Shown one piece after another: positions 37,306 to 48,914 of a stretch of 64,000 nucleotides of DNA. Position 1 is the stretch's first letter. Every line of letters begins with the position of its first letter. The DNA is taken from NCBI GenBank assembly GCA_046290225.1, contig JBKAGE010000034.1, forward strand, positions 549,455-613,454. The letters are read 5' to 3'. The notes beneath the pieces were generated by a model. That model did not search any database. It was not told where the DNA came from and saw only the letters and a program-made list of their open reading frames with translations. A program made the translations under genes and the position numbers. This stretch comes from Bradymonadia bacterium (lineage in GTDB: Bacteria; Myxococcota_A; Bradymonadia; UBA7976; UBA1532).

Positions 37306-37815
37306 ATGTCCACAGAAGAGCGGATGACCATCGGTGAGCTCGCCCGCCGTGTGGGCAAGACACCTCGAGCGCTGCGGCTGTACGAGCAGATGGGCCTGAT
37401 CAAGCCTTCGAGCCGCAGCGACGGCGGCTTCCGGTACTACGGTGACGAGGCCCTGCTCCGGCTGCGGTGGATCATCCGCCTCGTGGGCCTCGGCATGCCC
37501 CTCCATGAGGTCAAGCAACTGCTCGACGACGTACAGACCGCAGATGATGGCGGCGGCGCCATGCTCACCGTCTCCGAGGTCTACACCCGCAAGCTCTCAG
37601 AGGTCGAAGCCCAGATCGCTCGGCTCACCTCGCTGCGGGCCGCCCTCGTCGAGGCCCTCGAGTTTGCCCGGGTGTGTCATGGGTGCATGCGCACCGGCCT
37701 GCCCACGGCCTGCCTCGAGTGCACCCGTCACGTAGAAGCCCCCATGCCCGATCTCGTCCAAGGCATCTTCGCCCAGGACCCCGAAACCAGTCACGACGAC
37801 AGGCAGAAACCATGA
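37306..37815 (+). CDS. MerR-family transcriptional regulator with C-terminal CxxC-x8-CxxC
   Basis: MTIGELARRVGKTPRALRLYEQMGLI..R..GGFRYY; coiled coil; CHGC...CLEC. Alternative start 37324. Confidence 0.93.
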   Translation: MSTEERMTIGELARRVGKTPRALRLYEQMGLIKPSSRSDGGFRYYGDEALLRLRWIIRLVGLGMPLHEVKQLLDDVQTADDGGGAMLTVSEVYTRKLSEVEAQIARLTSLRAALVEALEFARVCHGCMRTGLPTACLECTRHVEAPMPDLVQGIFAQDPETSHDDRQKP

Positions 37816-38402
37816 AGACCAAGAAGAGCACCCCCCTCACTGTCGAGGAAGAGCAGGCGTTGGTGGCCCAGGCCCTCGAGGGCGATCGTCGGGCAATGGA
37901 AGTTCTGCTGAGCCGCCACTACAGCCAGATGTATCACCTGGCCCTCAAAATGACCCGCGATCCCGTTCGGGCCGAGGATGTCACCCAGGAGAGCTGCCTT
38001 CAGGTCATCAGACGCCTCGGGCAGTTTCGCGCCGAGGCGCGGTTCTCTTCGTGGCTCTCTCGGATTGTGGTGAACACTGCACTGCTGCGCCACAGGCGGG
38101 AGAAGCGCCTGGTGCCCACGGCGGAGATCTATTCGCCGAAGGACGCCAGCCCCCAGCCTGCCCCAGAGCAGCTTGCCAGCGACCGGGAGATGCTCCAGAT
38201 CACCGATCGCTTCTTGTCCTCGCTCCGCGAGGGCGATCGAGAGCTGTTCATGCGTCGGTTCGTCGATGGTCTGTCGTTGCAGAGCCTCTCGGAAGAGACC
38301 GGGCTGTCTCTGCCGGCGCTCAAGAGCCGATTCCACCGCGCCCGCTTGCGGTTGAAGGCCGCCAGCGAAGCCGAGGCCTGGGGCATGGAGGTCGCCGCCT
38401 GA
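37812..38402 (+). CDS. ECF sigma-70 factor
   Basis: AEDVTQE, FSSWLSRIVVN, region 4 GLSL...ALKSRFHRAR; ATGA overlap with MerR. Confidence 0.9.
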   Translation: MKTKKSTPLTVEEEQALVAQALEGDRRAMEVLLSRHYSQMYHLALKMTRDPVRAEDVTQESCLQVIRRLGQFRAEARFSSWLSRIVVNTALLRHRREKRLVPTAEIYSPKDASPQPAPEQLASDREMLQITDRFLSSLREGDRELFMRRFVDGLSLQSLSEETGLSLPALKSRFHRARLRLKAASEAEAWGMEVAA

Positions 38403-39377
38403 TCAGGCGACGCCCAAGGTCTTGAGCACCAGCCAGGTCAGGTACCCCAAGTAAGAGAAGACGAGCAGTCCGCCCTCAAGGCGACTCAACTTCATCTTCG
38501 TCCACATCAGGCCCACCATGGCGAGGGTGAGCCCCCCCATCATCATCAGATCAGGCACGGCGGCATCGAAGCTCACGGGCACTGGCCGGATGATGGCCAT
38601 CCCACCCAGTACGAAACTCACGTTGAAGATGCAGCTGCCGATGACGTTGCCCAGAGCCAGCTCAGGGTGCTTCTTGAGCGCCGCGGCCATGGAAGCCGCC
38701 ATCTCAGGCAACGAGGTGCCGATGGCCACCACCGTGAGGCCCACGATGCGATCGGGGATCCCCAACATGGCGGAGATCTCCGTCGCCCCCTCCACCATGA
38801 AGTGCGCTCCACCGAAGAGCCCTGCGCCACCGATCAACAGCCGCACGATGGCCCCGGTCCAGCTCATCAGCGGCGGCTCGTGGGGATCGCCAGCGGCTTC
38901 CATCTCCTCGATGTGCTCTGCAGCAGGGCCCTTGCTCGTCTTGAGGGCCAAGACGGTGTAGACCACCGCGATGAGGGCCAGGACGATGCCCTCCCACCGA
39001 GCCACCTGCCCATCGGCCATGAAGGCCACCGCCGTACCCGCCGAGAGCAGCACTGTGGGGAAGTCCCGCCAGATGACTTTCTTGTCGGTGAGCATGATCG
39101 CCTGGATTGCCGCTGCTGATCCCAGCACCAGCCCGATGTTGGCGATGTTGCTGCCGACGATGTTGCCGATGGCGAAGTCGGCGACCCCATTGAACGAGGC
39201 GAGAATAGAGACGATGAACTCCGGCAGACTGGTGCCGTACGCCACCACCGTGAGGCCCACCACCAGCGTGGAGATGCCCAGCCGGCGGGAAATGCCCACA
39301 GCACCGTCGACGAGCTTGTCGGCGGCGAGGACGAGGACCACGAGCCCCCCGATCAGGGAGACGAGAGGGATGAGCAT
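38403..39377 (-). CDS. Ca2+/Na+ antiporter (YrbG/CaCA family)
   Basis: Two alpha repeats GTSLPE...GNIVGSNIAN and GTSLPE...GNVIGS; ~10 TM helices. Confidence 0.95.
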   Translation of the reverse strand: MLIPLVSLIGGLVVLVLAADKLVDGAVGISRRLGISTLVVGLTVVAYGTSLPEFIVSILASFNGVADFAIGNIVGSNIANIGLVLGSAAAIQAIMLTDKKVIWRDFPTVLLSAGTAVAFMADGQVARWEGIVLALIAVVYTVLALKTSKGPAAEHIEEMEAAGDPHEPPLMSWTGAIVRLLIGGAGLFGGAHFMVEGATEISAMLGIPDRIVGLTVVAIGTSLPEMAASMAAALKKHPELALGNVIGSCIFNVSFVLGGMAIIRPVPVSFDAAVPDLMMMGGLTLAMVGLMWTKMKLSRLEGGLLVFSYLGYLTWLVLKTLGVA

Positions 39378-39382
39378 GGGAC

Positions 39383-40132
39383 TCACTCCAGAATGCACAC
39401 GGAGAGCGGGGTGTACGTGTCGGTGCTGAGGGTGATGGCGGTGCGCTTCTCTTCACATGCCCCCGCAGCGTCTACAGCAGGCAGGCACAATGCCACCGAC
39501 TCGACCCCTTCGGGACGAAGATCAGCAGGTACGGGGGTGCACCAGAGCCCCTCTTCACAGGCCCCGACGAGACCACAGGGCTGGTCCACCTGCACCGCAG
39601 GCGTCTGCGGCGCCACACACGTCGCCGGAGACACCTCGGGGATGAAGTCACATCGTGAGGCAGCAGGACAGATCTCGAAGGGCAGCTGCGCGGTCTCGCT
39701 GAGGGGCTGACACGGCAGCACACAGGCGCCGATGTCCGGCCGATCAGGCAGCACCGCCTGACAGCTGCCACCGCCTCTGCACACCTCGAGATCACCCACG
39801 CCCTCGCACACAGTGCACTGAGAGTCGTCGGCGTCCCCTGGGGTGCAGAACGGCAAGCACCGGCTCACGCCATAGAGCTCGATGCACCCCTGACCCTCAC
39901 GGCATGTAGAAGAGTCGGTGCAAGCCGTCCCGGCAGGATCACCGCGATCACCATCGACACCGGCGTCGGGCAAATCCGCACAGTACGGCACGCCGTCGCC
40001 GTCGACGGTGCAAAACTGCTCGGCCTCGCACTCGTCGGTGCGGCGGGGATCACACGTCCGTGCGGTGGCCCCCTGATCACAGGCTGGCAGCAGAGGCCAG
40101 AGGGCCGCTGCGAGGATCCACTTCGCGTCCAT
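39383..40132 (-). CDS. Cys-rich lipoprotein
   Basis: MDAKWILAAALWPLLPAC lipobox; repeated C-x5-C-x2-G-x2-C knots. Confidence 0.7.
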   Translation of the reverse strand: MDAKWILAAALWPLLPACDQGATARTCDPRRTDECEAEQFCTVDGDGVPYCADLPDAGVDGDRGDPAGTACTDSSTCREGQGCIELYGVSRCLPFCTPGDADDSQCTVCEGVGDLEVCRGGGSCQAVLPDRPDIGACVLPCQPLSETAQLPFEICPAASRCDFIPEVSPATCVAPQTPAVQVDQPCGLVGACEEGLWCTPVPADLRPEGVESVALCLPAVDAAGACEEKRTAITLSTDTYTPLSVCILE

Positions 40133-40157
40133 GACTGCCTTACGTATCATCCCCGAG

Positions 40158-41336
40158 ATGTCTGGCCCAACCTTAGATGCCCTCGACGTGAGCGCCTTCA
40201 CCGAAAAAGCCCGCACCCTGGGCTTCGAGGTGGTGGGCGCAGCGCCTGTAGACCCCCTCGGCGGCGGCTGGTATGCCCCACACGCCGAGCGCTTCGAAGC
40301 GTGGATCGACGCTGGCCACCATGGCGAGATGCACTACATGGCCGAGCGTGCCGGCGAGCGTGTGGTCCCTGACCGCCTGCTGCCCGGCGTGAAGAGCGCC
40401 CTGGTGCTCTGGCTGCCTCACCGGCACCGACCCCCTGCGACGCCACCACCAGAGATCACCGCCCGGGTGGCGGTGTATGCCTGGGGCCGCGATTACCACA
40501 ACATCGCCCGGAAGGCGCTGCGCAAGCTGCGGCGCTGGCTCGGAGAGCATGCACCTGGGGTGGGTGCCTACCTCACCTGCGACACCGGACCAGTCCTCGA
40601 GCGGGCCTTCGGTGCGCGCTCCGCCGTGGGCTGGATCGGCAAGAGCAGCATGTTGATCCACCAGAAGCTGGGCACCTTCGGCTCCCTCGCTGTGGTGTTC
40701 CTCGACGCCGAGGTTCCCTCTGCGCCTCAAGCCCACCCGGATCGATGTGGTCGATGCACCGCGTGCATCGATGACTGCCCTACACAGGCGATCCTGGCAC
40801 CGGGGGTGGTGGACTCCACCCTGTGCATCGCCTACTGGACCATCGAGCACCGGGGGGTGATTCCTCTGGCGATCAGGCCTCTGCTCGGTGACTGGATCTT
40901 CGGCTGCGACATTTGCCAGGACGTCTGCCCCTGGAACAACAAGGCGCCCTACGCCGACGAGGCCCTGTGGCGCCCCCGGAGCGAGCTGGCAAGGCCCGAT
41001 GTGCTCGCGTGGCTTCAGATGCCCGACGACGATCTCAAGGCCCTCCTGGTGGGCAGCCCCCTCACCCGACCCAAGGCCGTGGGGCTCAAACGCAACATCT
41101 TGATCGCCCTGGCCAATCAAGACTGCACTGAGGCGCTGCCAGTGGTCGAGTCGGTCCTCGAGACACATCTCGATCCGGTGGTTCGAGCCACGGCCGCCTG
41201 GGCTGCGCACCGCCTCGGCAGCGCCACCGCTCTGGCCCGTGCAGCACGAGATGCCGATCCCATTGTGCGAGCGGAGGCCCTTGAGGTACCCATGGGTGCC
41301 TCGAACACCCACCCAGGAGACTCCAATGAAGCTTGA
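40158..41336 (+). CDS. queG: tRNA epoxyqueuosine(34) reductase
   Basis: GHHGEMHYM, YAWGRDYH, DTGPVLER, CGRCTACIDDCPT, GCDICQDVCPWN; start uncertain. Confidence 0.95.
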   Translation: MSGPTLDALDVSAFTEKARTLGFEVVGAAPVDPLGGGWYAPHAERFEAWIDAGHHGEMHYMAERAGERVVPDRLLPGVKSALVLWLPHRHRPPATPPPEITARVAVYAWGRDYHNIARKALRKLRRWLGEHAPGVGAYLTCDTGPVLERAFGARSAVGWIGKSSMLIHQKLGTFGSLAVVFLDAEVPSAPQAHPDRCGRCTACIDDCPTQAILAPGVVDSTLCIAYWTIEHRGVIPLAIRPLLGDWIFGCDICQDVCPWNNKAPYADEALWRPRSELARPDVLAWLQMPDDDLKALLVGSPLTRPKAVGLKRNILIALANQDCTEALPVVESVLETHLDPVVRATAAWAAHRLGSATALARAARDADPIVRAEALEVPMGASNTHPGDSNEA

Positions 41337-42165
41337 TCTGTCGGTTGTCGGCGAGAAGTACACCGCCGAGCCTTACCCCTACACGTGGAAGGACTGCATC
41401 TTGTATGCGGTGGGCGTGGGTGCCGGCGCCGATGATCTGCAGTACACCATGGAGACCCACGAGCAGTTCTGCGCCCTGCCGAGCTACGCCGTGTGCCCCA
41501 CCACCGCCATCGTCTTCGACGTGCTGGGCAAGGTGCAGGCCGACTTCGCCACCCTGGTGCACGGGGAGCAGGTCATCAAGTTCCACAAGCCCCTGTCCAC
41601 CGACGGCACGTTGAGCAGCGTCGCCTGGATCCCCACCGCGTACGACAAGGGGAAGGCGGCCCTGGTGCCGGTGCAGACCGAGACCCGCGACGAGTCGGGC
41701 GATCTGGTCTACGAGACCACCTGGAACATCTTCTGCCGAGGTCAGGGTGGCTGGGGTGGCGAGCGCGGCGAGAAGGTCGCGCCGCTCATGCCCAAGGCAG
41801 GCGCAGAGCCCGCCTTCGAGGTGGAGCTCGCTACGAGCCCCTCTCAGGCAGCCCTCTACCGACTCAGCGGTGACTTCAACCCTCTGCACATCAACCCCAT
41901 GGTGGCGAAGATGGCCGGCTTCGAGCGGCCCATCCTCCACGGGCTGTGCACCTTCGGCTTCGCCGTGCGGGCCCTCGTCGATCAGCTCTGCGGGGGTGAT
42001 CCCAGCAAGGTGGCCGAGCTGCGCGTGCGCTTCAGCCGTGAGGTCTACCCCGGCGACGTTGTCCGAGTGCGGGCCATCGAGTCCGCTGAGGAGAACACCT
42101 GGCTCTTCGATGCCCAGGTGGGCGATCGCACTGTCCTCTCCAACGGGGTCTTCACCCTGCGCTGA
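41326..42165 (+). CDS. MaoC/MFE-2-type (R)-enoyl-CoA hydratase
   Basis: LYAVGVG, LVHGEQ, YRLSGDFNPLH, ILHGLCTFG. Confidence 0.92.
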   Translation: MKLDLSVVGEKYTAEPYPYTWKDCILYAVGVGAGADDLQYTMETHEQFCALPSYAVCPTTAIVFDVLGKVQADFATLVHGEQVIKFHKPLSTDGTLSSVAWIPTAYDKGKAALVPVQTETRDESGDLVYETTWNIFCRGQGGWGGERGEKVAPLMPKAGAEPAFEVELATSPSQAALYRLSGDFNPLHINPMVAKMAGFERPILHGLCTFGFAVRALVDQLCGGDPSKVAELRVRFSREVYPGDVVRVRAIESAEENTWLFDAQVGDRTVLSNGVFTLR

Positions 42166-42170
42166 GGTCC

Positions 42171-43229
42171 ATGACACGCCACCCCACATCACCGCGTCGA
42201 CGTCTCGCCCGTGGGGCGCTCGCCCTCTGGGTGATCTGCGCCCTCTACGGGTGCGACGACGCCGAGGACCCCAGCGGCCCTGAGGTGCCTGCCCTCACAC
42301 AGGTCGGCGAGGGCCCCCTGGATCCACTCGTCCTCGGTGTCTGGGGTGAGCCCTCGGGGGCCATCTGGATGGTGGGCGGCAACGGCTCTGAGACAGGCAG
42401 CTGGATCGGTCGGGTCAATGGCGATGTCCTCGACACAGTCGAACACCCACCTGGACAGACGCTGTGGTGGGTGTGGGGCGACGGCCAGGGCGCCCTCCGC
42501 ATCAGCGGCGCTGGAGGTCGCGTCATCGCCCGCGATGGAGAGGGCGACTGGCGGGTGGAGGACACCGGCCTGGACGAGCGCGCCATCCTCTGGGGCATCT
42601 GGGGGTCGAGCGTCGACGATCTCTGGGCCGTGGGCGGCAGCCCCAGCGCCCAGGGCCCACAGGGTGTGGTGCTGCGATCTCGCGATGGTGGGCCCTGGCA
42701 ACAGATCGACGATCCCGCCCTACCCACAGAACTCGATCTCTTCAAGGTGTGGGGCACAGGGCCTGACGATGTGCACATCATCGGTGAAGGCGGTGTCGCC
42801 TTGCACTGGGACGGCACCCGCTTCATCCGCGTCGACGTCCCCGATTTGGAGTTGATGTTCACAGTGCATGGCGCCCCTGGCCAGCTGACCCTCGCCGTGG
42901 GCGGCCGCCGGAACGGAAAGGCCTGGCGCTGGTCCGGTGAAGCGTGGATAGAAGAGACGATCCAAGGCCTCGAGGGTCATGGCCTCAACGGCGTGCACGT
43001 GGCCTCTGATGGCAGCGCGGTGGCCGTCGGCGCCGGCGGCACGGTGGTCATGCGCAGTGCTGATGGGGTCTGGGGCACACCGGCGACCGATCTGCTCGGC
43101 GCTGGCGATCTGTACACTCTGCACGCGGTGTGGCGCGGCGCGGCTCTGTGGACCGTAGGGGGCGCACTGGCCCGCGGCCGCAGCGGAGTGGTACTCACAG
43201 ATCATCGAGGTACGCTGTCGGTACGATGA
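42171..43229 (+). CDS. Beta-propeller-like lipoprotein (WG repeats)
   Basis: Lipobox LYGC; repeated L.GVWG....WxVG units. Confidence 0.75.
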   Translation: MTRHPTSPRRRLARGALALWVICALYGCDDAEDPSGPEVPALTQVGEGPLDPLVLGVWGEPSGAIWMVGGNGSETGSWIGRVNGDVLDTVEHPPGQTLWWVWGDGQGALRISGAGGRVIARDGEGDWRVEDTGLDERAILWGIWGSSVDDLWAVGGSPSAQGPQGVVLRSRDGGPWQQIDDPALPTELDLFKVWGTGPDDVHIIGEGGVALHWDGTRFIRVDVPDLELMFTVHGAPGQLTLAVGGRRNGKAWRWSGEAWIEETIQGLEGHGLNGVHVASDGSAVAVGAGGTVVMRSADGVWGTPATDLLGAGDLYTLHAVWRGAALWTVGGALARGRSGVVLTDHRGTLSVR

Positions 43230-46114
43230 ACGATCTGCACGACGAACAGCGCCCGGAGAAAGACTCAGAGAACGACCCTGAGACACGCCCTGAGGAAGAC
43301 ACAGGTGCGCCTGATGTCGAAGGCCCCAGCCCCTCTGTCCCTCCAAGCCTGAGCTCCGGGCAGTTCCCCGGCCAGGCGCTGCAGACCACCGAGATGCTGC
43401 CCAGCGCCATGATCCCCCAGCCAGGGGCGCTGCTCCGCTGGTTGGGCCGGCGCCTCTTCACCCACGTGAACTTCTCCGAGGAGACCACGCGGCAAGTGCA
43501 GCAGGCCGCCGCGGATGGGCAGCTCGTCTACGTGGCCCGCACACACAGCACGCTGGACTACCTCTGTTACAACCACATCTGGGTGCGTAAGGGGCTCCCT
43601 CTGGCGCGCTTTGCCAATGGGATGGATCTCCGCTGGCTCAGAGGTGTGGGTCTGTGGCTGTCCGACGTCTGGGGCAGGCTCATGGGGAAGGTGCCCCCTG
43701 ATCCGCCTGAGGGGCAGCAACTCTTGAGGGTGGTCCAGGGCGACCACGCGGCGTTGATCTTCCTGCGTCGCCGGCGGCGCGGTGGCCGGGTGGTTCAATC
43801 CGATCCGGGCTTCTTCGAGGGCCTGGTACGCCAGCAACGCCAACAAGAACGACCGATTCTGCTGGTGCCCCAGCACCTTGTCTGGCCCCGGACGCCGCCT
43901 TCGAAGCGTCGGACCTGGGTGGACATCCTCTTCGGCGATCGGGAGACCCCGGGCCGGTTGCGCAAGCTCGCCCACTTCTTCGTCTACCGGCGTCAAGCTC
44001 AGGTGAGTGTGGGTACGCCCATCAACCTGAAGGACATGCTGGTGGAGCACGCTCAGCTCGACGACCGTCGGCTGGCCCAGCTCCTGCGCCGCGTGCTCTA
44101 TGTGCACCTCGCACAAGAGGCCATGGTGATCCACGGCCCCCACGTGAAGCCCTGGATGCAGCTTCAGGAGGAGATCCTCTCTTCTCCTGTCTTCCAGAAG
44201 GGCCTGCTCGAGAAGGCCCAGACCGCCGGCATCCCTGACGACGAGGCCGAGCAGCAGGCGTACAAAGATCTGCGACACATCGGCGCCCGAACCAGCTTCA
44301 CCAGCCTGGTCGTCATGGCCCGTGTGCTCGACTTTCTGTTCAACCGTATCTACGACGGCGTAGAAGTGGACACTGAGGGACTGGAGAAGGTGAAGCAGGC
44401 CATGCGCACCTGCCGCTCCGCGCCGTTGATCCTGGTGCCCAGCCACAAGAGCCACATCGACTACCTGGTCATCTCGTGGGTGCTTCTGCGCCACGGCTTC
44501 GTGCCACCACACATCGCTGCCGGTGCCAACCTGTCCTTCTTCCCTTTGGGCCCCTTCTTCAGGATGAACGCCGCCTTCTTCCTGAAGCGCTCCTTCAAGG
44601 GGCTGCCCCTCTACCGCCACACCTTCAGGGCCTACTTGTGGAAGCTGGCCCGAGAGGGCTACCCGGTGGAGTTCTTCATCGAGGGCGGCCGCAGCCGCAC
44701 AGGCAAGCTGCTGCCCCCGAAGCTGGGCATGCTGAGCATGCTGCTCGAGGGCATCGAAGAAGAGGCCTTCAAGGACCTGCAGCTCGTGCCCATCAACCTG
44801 AGCTACGAGCGGGTGGTGGAATCTGCTTCGTACACGCGGGAGCTCACCGGCGGAGAGAAGTCCCCCGAGACCATGAAGGGGGTGATGCGCGCGGGCCGGG
44901 TGCTGCGTCATCGTTACGGCCGCGTCTATGTGAGCTTCGAAGCGCCAGTGCGGGTCTCAGAGTGGCTCGAGGCCCGCGGGGTCAGCCCGGGCGACGATCT
45001 CAAGCCTCAAGTGCAGTCCCTGGGCTTCCACATGATGCGGCGTATCCAGGAAGCCACGGTGATCACCCCCTCGGCGCTGGTGGCCACCATCTGTTTGAGC
45101 CATCACCGCAGGGGCATCTCGGAAGATCGAGTCCGCGGTCAGGTGGGCTTCCTCGTGGGCTTCCTGCTCCGCAGGGGCGCTCGACTCTCGCGCTCGATCA
45201 CCACCACCCTCTCGGGTGCTGGCCTGCTCGACGCCGCCGAGGGGCCAGATCTGCCCCGTCGCCGAGGGGCGGCGCTGACCCAGGTGGTGGAAGAGGCGGT
45301 GGATCTGCTCGCCAAGGCCCGCATGCTCCACCTCGACGCAGAGCGCAATCCCCGCGCCATCTCCGTGCCCCACAAGGCCCGCATCGAGCTCGATTATTAT
45401 CGCAACGCCCTCTTGGGCCTCATCGCCCCCGAGACCATCGTCGCCACGGCCCTCAACACCGCCGGCGGTCGCCTGCCCTGGCCTCGGCTCGCCAAGGTGG
45501 TCCGCGATCTGTCGTGGTGGCTCAAACGCGAGTTCATCTACCAGACCGGCATCACCTTCGACGAGAGCCTGGAGCAGACGGTCCGTGGCCTCGCCGCCGA
45601 AGGCCTGGTCACGGTGGAGCCCGGCTCGCCCCGGCACGTGCAGATCGCCTCACCTCAGGTGATGGAGTTCTTGCAGGGCGCCTTGCTCCACCTGCTCGAA
45701 GGCTACTGGATCGCCGCCGACACCCTGCGGGTGCTCGTGCACGGCGCCACCGACGGCAAGGCATGGCTGGCCCACGCTCGAGAGCAAGCGGAGCGAGAGT
45801 TCGTCGAAGGCGATTTGCGGCGGGCAGAGGCGGCATCCACAGCGATCTTGAAGAACGCTCTGGCCATGTTCGTGGAAGAGGGGCTTGTGACCCGGCATTT
45901 CACTGAGGGGCGCCGTGGGCAAACCCAATACACCCTCGCCCAGGGCAATACGCTCGAAGACGTTGCTTACCGCAGGGATGACCTGGGGCAATATCTCGTC
46001 ACTCAGGTGATCACGGTCCCTGCTTCTCCGCCAGAGCCACCTGCAGAGGTACAAGATTCAGAATCAGATGCAGTCTCTGACTCTGAGAACGACACCTCGA
46101 ATCAGGGGAACTGA
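43226..46114 (+). CDS. plsB: Glycerol-3-phosphate acyltransferase
   Basis: [44 protein letters not shown]. Confidence 0.9.
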   Translation: MNDLHDEQRPEKDSENDPETRPEEDTGAPDVEGPSPSVPPSLSSGQFPGQALQTTEMLPSAMIPQPGALLRWLGRRLFTHVNFSEETTRQVQQAAADGQLVYVARTHSTLDYLCYNHIWVRKGLPLARFANGMDLRWLRGVGLWLSDVWGRLMGKVPPDPPEGQQLLRVVQGDHAALIFLRRRRRGGRVVQSDPGFFEGLVRQQRQQERPILLVPQHLVWPRTPPSKRRTWVDILFGDRETPGRLRKLAHFFVYRRQAQVSVGTPINLKDMLVEHAQLDDRRLAQLLRRVLYVHLAQEAMVIHGPHVKPWMQLQEEILSSPVFQKGLLEKAQTAGIPDDEAEQQAYKDLRHIGARTSFTSLVVMARVLDFLFNRIYDGVEVDTEGLEKVKQAMRTCRSAPLILVPSHKSHIDYLVISWVLLRHGFVPPHIAAGANLSFFPLGPFFRMNAAFFLKRSFKGLPLYRHTFRAYLWKLAREGYPVEFFIEGGRSRTGKLLPPKLGMLSMLLEGIEEEAFKDLQLVPINLSYERVVESASYTRELTGGEKSPETMKGVMRAGRVLRHRYGRVYVSFEAPVRVSEWLEARGVSPGDDLKPQVQSLGFHMMRRIQEATVITPSALVATICLSHHRRGISEDRVRGQVGFLVGFLLRRGARLSRSITTTLSGAGLLDAAEGPDLPRRRGAALTQVVEEAVDLLAKARMLHLDAERNPRAISVPHKARIELDYYRNALLGLIAPETIVATALNTAGGRLPWPRLAKVVRDLSWWLKREFIYQTGITFDESLEQTVRGLAAEGLVTVEPGSPRHVQIASPQVMEFLQGALLHLLEGYWIAADTLRVLVHGATDGKAWLAHAREQAEREFVEGDLRRAEAASTAILKNALAMFVEEGLVTRHFTEGRRGQTQYTLAQGNTLEDVAYRRDDLGQYLVTQVITVPASPPEPPAEVQDSESDAVSDSENDTSNQGN

Positions 46115-48396
46115 GCGCACACTTGCCGGTTGGGATTGAACAGCTCCGGCAGGCACGTCTCCGGCGCCATACAATCATTGTTGTCGTCACACACCCGGGC
46201 ACACACCGCACCCAGCGCACAGACGCTCCCAGGCTGACACTGCTGATCTGACTGACATCCTCCGCCCGGAGGTACGTCACCCATGCCTGTAGGCATGCAG
46301 TCTCCGTTGCCACGATCGCAATAGGCGTTCTGACCACAGTCGTCGTTGGTGGCGCAGGCTGGGGGGCCGCACTCACCAAAGCGCGGATCGCACACCTCGT
46401 TCCCTTCGCAACGCACGCCGGCGCAGCGGTCCACGCAGGTGCCGAGATCAGGCGCACAGTATCGCACGTCCTGGTTATCCCTCAGGTTGAGGCAGCTGTA
46501 GTCCCTGGGGCAGTCGGCATCTCGGGCACAGGGCCTGCTGCAGAATCGCTCTCCGGTATCGGCGTACTCGAGACAGCGATCAGTGCCATCTGCAGTGCAC
46601 TGCAGATCGATCTCGCACGTCTCACACAACCCCACCCCAGTGGCATAGCATCGGCGATCGGCGGGGTTGCAGATCGAACCCGCTCCACACGCCACCCCCT
46701 CGCAGGGGTCGATGCACACGCCTGTGCGGAGATTGCAATCGCTGAACGGACACTCGACACCGAAGCAGGCCCCCTCGGCGCAACCAATGCACACTGGGCA
46801 GAAACCCAGAATGCACACCGCGCTCGCCACGGGCACGACCTCGAAAGGCTCCACCTCGCACTCTGGCAGAGTCACGCGGGCCACCTGCCACAAGTCGGCA
46901 GCATCACCTTCCAGGAGCACCGGGTTTTGCAAAAGCTGGGGCCCGAGCTGCTGTGACCGGCCCCCACACTCCACCGTCACCGTGACATCTGCCGTGGCCC
47001 CTCGATCGGGATCTCGACGGCTGTAGGTCACCCCCACCATGTACTGACCTGGGGGCAGCTGCTCCACGACGATACGTTCCGGCGTGGCACTGCGATCGCT
47101 CTCGTCGAGGCCAGGGCGGCCCCAGTCGGGGGCGGGGTTCTGAGCGAAGAGATCCCATGTGGCGTCGAACCAGCGACCTCGCGGGTGTACGAGGTGCAGA
47201 CTCACATCTGCGTTGTCTCCTGCCCATCGTGCCGAGACGGACAGATCCGAGGGCACACCTGGGGGATCACACGCGTCACCCGGGCCATCACCATCGGAGT
47301 CGAGCTGATTGGCGTTGGGCACCTCGGGGCAGTTGTCTTCGTCGTCGGGCACCCCATCACCGTCAGCGTCATCGGCCATGGGTGGTGCCTCGCATGCGTC
47401 GCCTCGGCCGTCTCGATCCGCATCTGACTGGTCAGCATTGGCGTCGTTGGGGCAGTTGTCACAGGCATCGCCCACCCCATCGAGATCAGTATCCCTCTGG
47501 TTGTTGTTGGGCAGATTGGGGCAGTTGTCTTCGTCGTCTCTCGCCCCGTCGTCATCTCGATCGTTGTCGTCACAGGGATCGCCCACGCCATCCCCATCGC
47601 TGTCACGCTGGCTGAAGTTGGGAGCGTTCGGGCAGTTGTCGCAGACATCACCTACGCCGTCGTCATCGCCATCTCGCTGATCGACATTCGTATCGCTCGG
47701 GCAGTTGTCTTCAGCATCTTCGATCCCATCACTGTCGTCGTCCCCAGGACGCTCACAGGCATCGCCGATGCCATCGCCATCGCCATCTCGCTGGCTGAAG
47801 TTGGGCTCTCCGGGGCAATTGTCACAGACGTCGCCGATGCCGTCGTCATCACCATCGGCCTGATTTGCGTTGGCATCGTTCGGGCAGTTGTCCATGCGAT
47901 CTGCGAGGCCGTCACCATCGCTGTCGTCGAGATCACAGACATCACCCACACCATCTGCATCTTCGTCGGACTGATTGGCGTTCGCTGCCTCGGGGCAGTT
48001 GTCACACACGTCACCGACGCCATCATCATCGACGTCTCGTTGGCTGTTGTTGGCCCTGTCCGGGCAATTGTCGACCTCGTCGCCCACCCCGTCGTCGTCG
48101 CGATCCCCCGGCGGACCCACCATGGCATCGGGCTCGCCCCCTCCGGCGCCACCCTCAGGCATACCACCAGCGACTCCGCCGGCACCTCCGACTGCTGCAT
48201 CAGCGCCGCCGACTCCCCCCTCACCTCCGCCACCACCAGGGGTGCCCACCTGACCTCCAGCGCCACCACCGCCGAGGGCCGCGTCTGTCGCGATGGCGTC
48301 GCTGGCGCCACCATCAGCGCTGGCGCCCCCACCTCCGTCGTCACACCCGGCGAGGGTGCAGGCCAGCAACATCAGCGCGAGAGCAGATCTCTTCAT
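46102..48396 (-). CDS. Thrombospondin type-3 repeat lipoprotein with Cys-rich C-terminus
   Basis: Lipobox LAGC; many DNCPxxxNxxQxDxDxDGxGDxCD repeats. Confidence 0.92.
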   Translation of the reverse strand: MKRSALALMLLACTLAGCDDGGGGASADGGASDAIATDAALGGGGAGGQVGTPGGGGGEGGVGGADAAVGGAGGVAGGMPEGGAGGGEPDAMVGPPGDRDDDGVGDEVDNCPDRANNSQRDVDDDGVGDVCDNCPEAANANQSDEDADGVGDVCDLDDSDGDGLADRMDNCPNDANANQADGDDDGIGDVCDNCPGEPNFSQRDGDGDGIGDACERPGDDDSDGIEDAEDNCPSDTNVDQRDGDDDGVGDVCDNCPNAPNFSQRDSDGDGVGDPCDDNDRDDDGARDDEDNCPNLPNNNQRDTDLDGVGDACDNCPNDANADQSDADRDGRGDACEAPPMADDADGDGVPDDEDNCPEVPNANQLDSDGDGPGDACDPPGVPSDLSVSARWAGDNADVSLHLVHPRGRWFDATWDLFAQNPAPDWGRPGLDESDRSATPERIVVEQLPPGQYMVGVTYSRRDPDRGATADVTVTVECGGRSQQLGPQLLQNPVLLEGDAADLWQVARVTLPECEVEPFEVVPVASAVCILGFCPVCIGCAEGACFGVECPFSDCNLRTGVCIDPCEGVACGAGSICNPADRRCYATGVGLCETCEIDLQCTADGTDRCLEYADTGERFCSRPCARDADCPRDYSCLNLRDNQDVRYCAPDLGTCVDRCAGVRCEGNEVCDPRFGECGPPACATNDDCGQNAYCDRGNGDCMPTGMGDVPPGGGCQSDQQCQPGSVCALGAVCARVCDDNNDCMAPETCLPELFNPNRQVCAQFP

Positions 48397-48463
48397 GGCA
48401 AGCTCTTCGAGAATGAACGGAATGGGGCATTGAAGCGTGGTGAACCCGTGCCCACAAGCCTCA

Positions 48464-48910
48464 TCAAGAGGCCAGCGAAAGCGACATCAACAACGCATCT
48501 TCGCGGGGGCCTTCAGGGGTGGGGTAATAGCCGCGGCGGCGGCCCTGGAGCTGATAGCCCAGACCACTGTAGAGCCCCTGAGCAGCGACGTTGCTCTCTC
48601 GCACCTCGAGGTGGATCACCACAGCCTCGGCCCGTCGAGCCTGCTCGGCGAGGGCCTCGAGCAAGCGGCGTCCGTGACCCTGCCGGCGATGCTCGGGATG
48701 CGCGGCGATGTGGATGATCTCCACCGCATCCACCACCCACCACGTGTGCACGTACGCCACCACACTGGCCGCTTCTTCGAGCACGTGGAATCGGCTCTGG
48801 GGGGCATGCATCTCCGCCAACAGACGCTCGAGGGGTCGACGCGTACCACCATCAGCCTCGATGTGAGCGATCACCTCAGCGTCTTCCGCGGTGGCGAGCC
48901 GTATAGACAC
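48464..48910 (-). CDS. rimI: GNAT acetyltransferase, RimI-like
   Basis: [25 protein letters not shown]...EDALLM. Confidence 0.85.
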   Translation of the reverse strand: MSIRLATAEDAEVIAHIEADGGTRRPLERLLAEMHAPQSRFHVLEEAASVVAYVHTWWVVDAVEIIHIAAHPEHRRQGHGRRLLEALAEQARRAEAVVIHLEVRESNVAAQGLYSGLGYQLQGRRRGYYPTPEGPREDALLMSLSLAS

Positions 48911-48914
48911 GGGC

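Noticed and set aside
46102..46114. 13-bp convergent overlap of plsB and the TSP3 lipoprotein
   Set aside because: Common in compact GC-rich genomes; no further signal.
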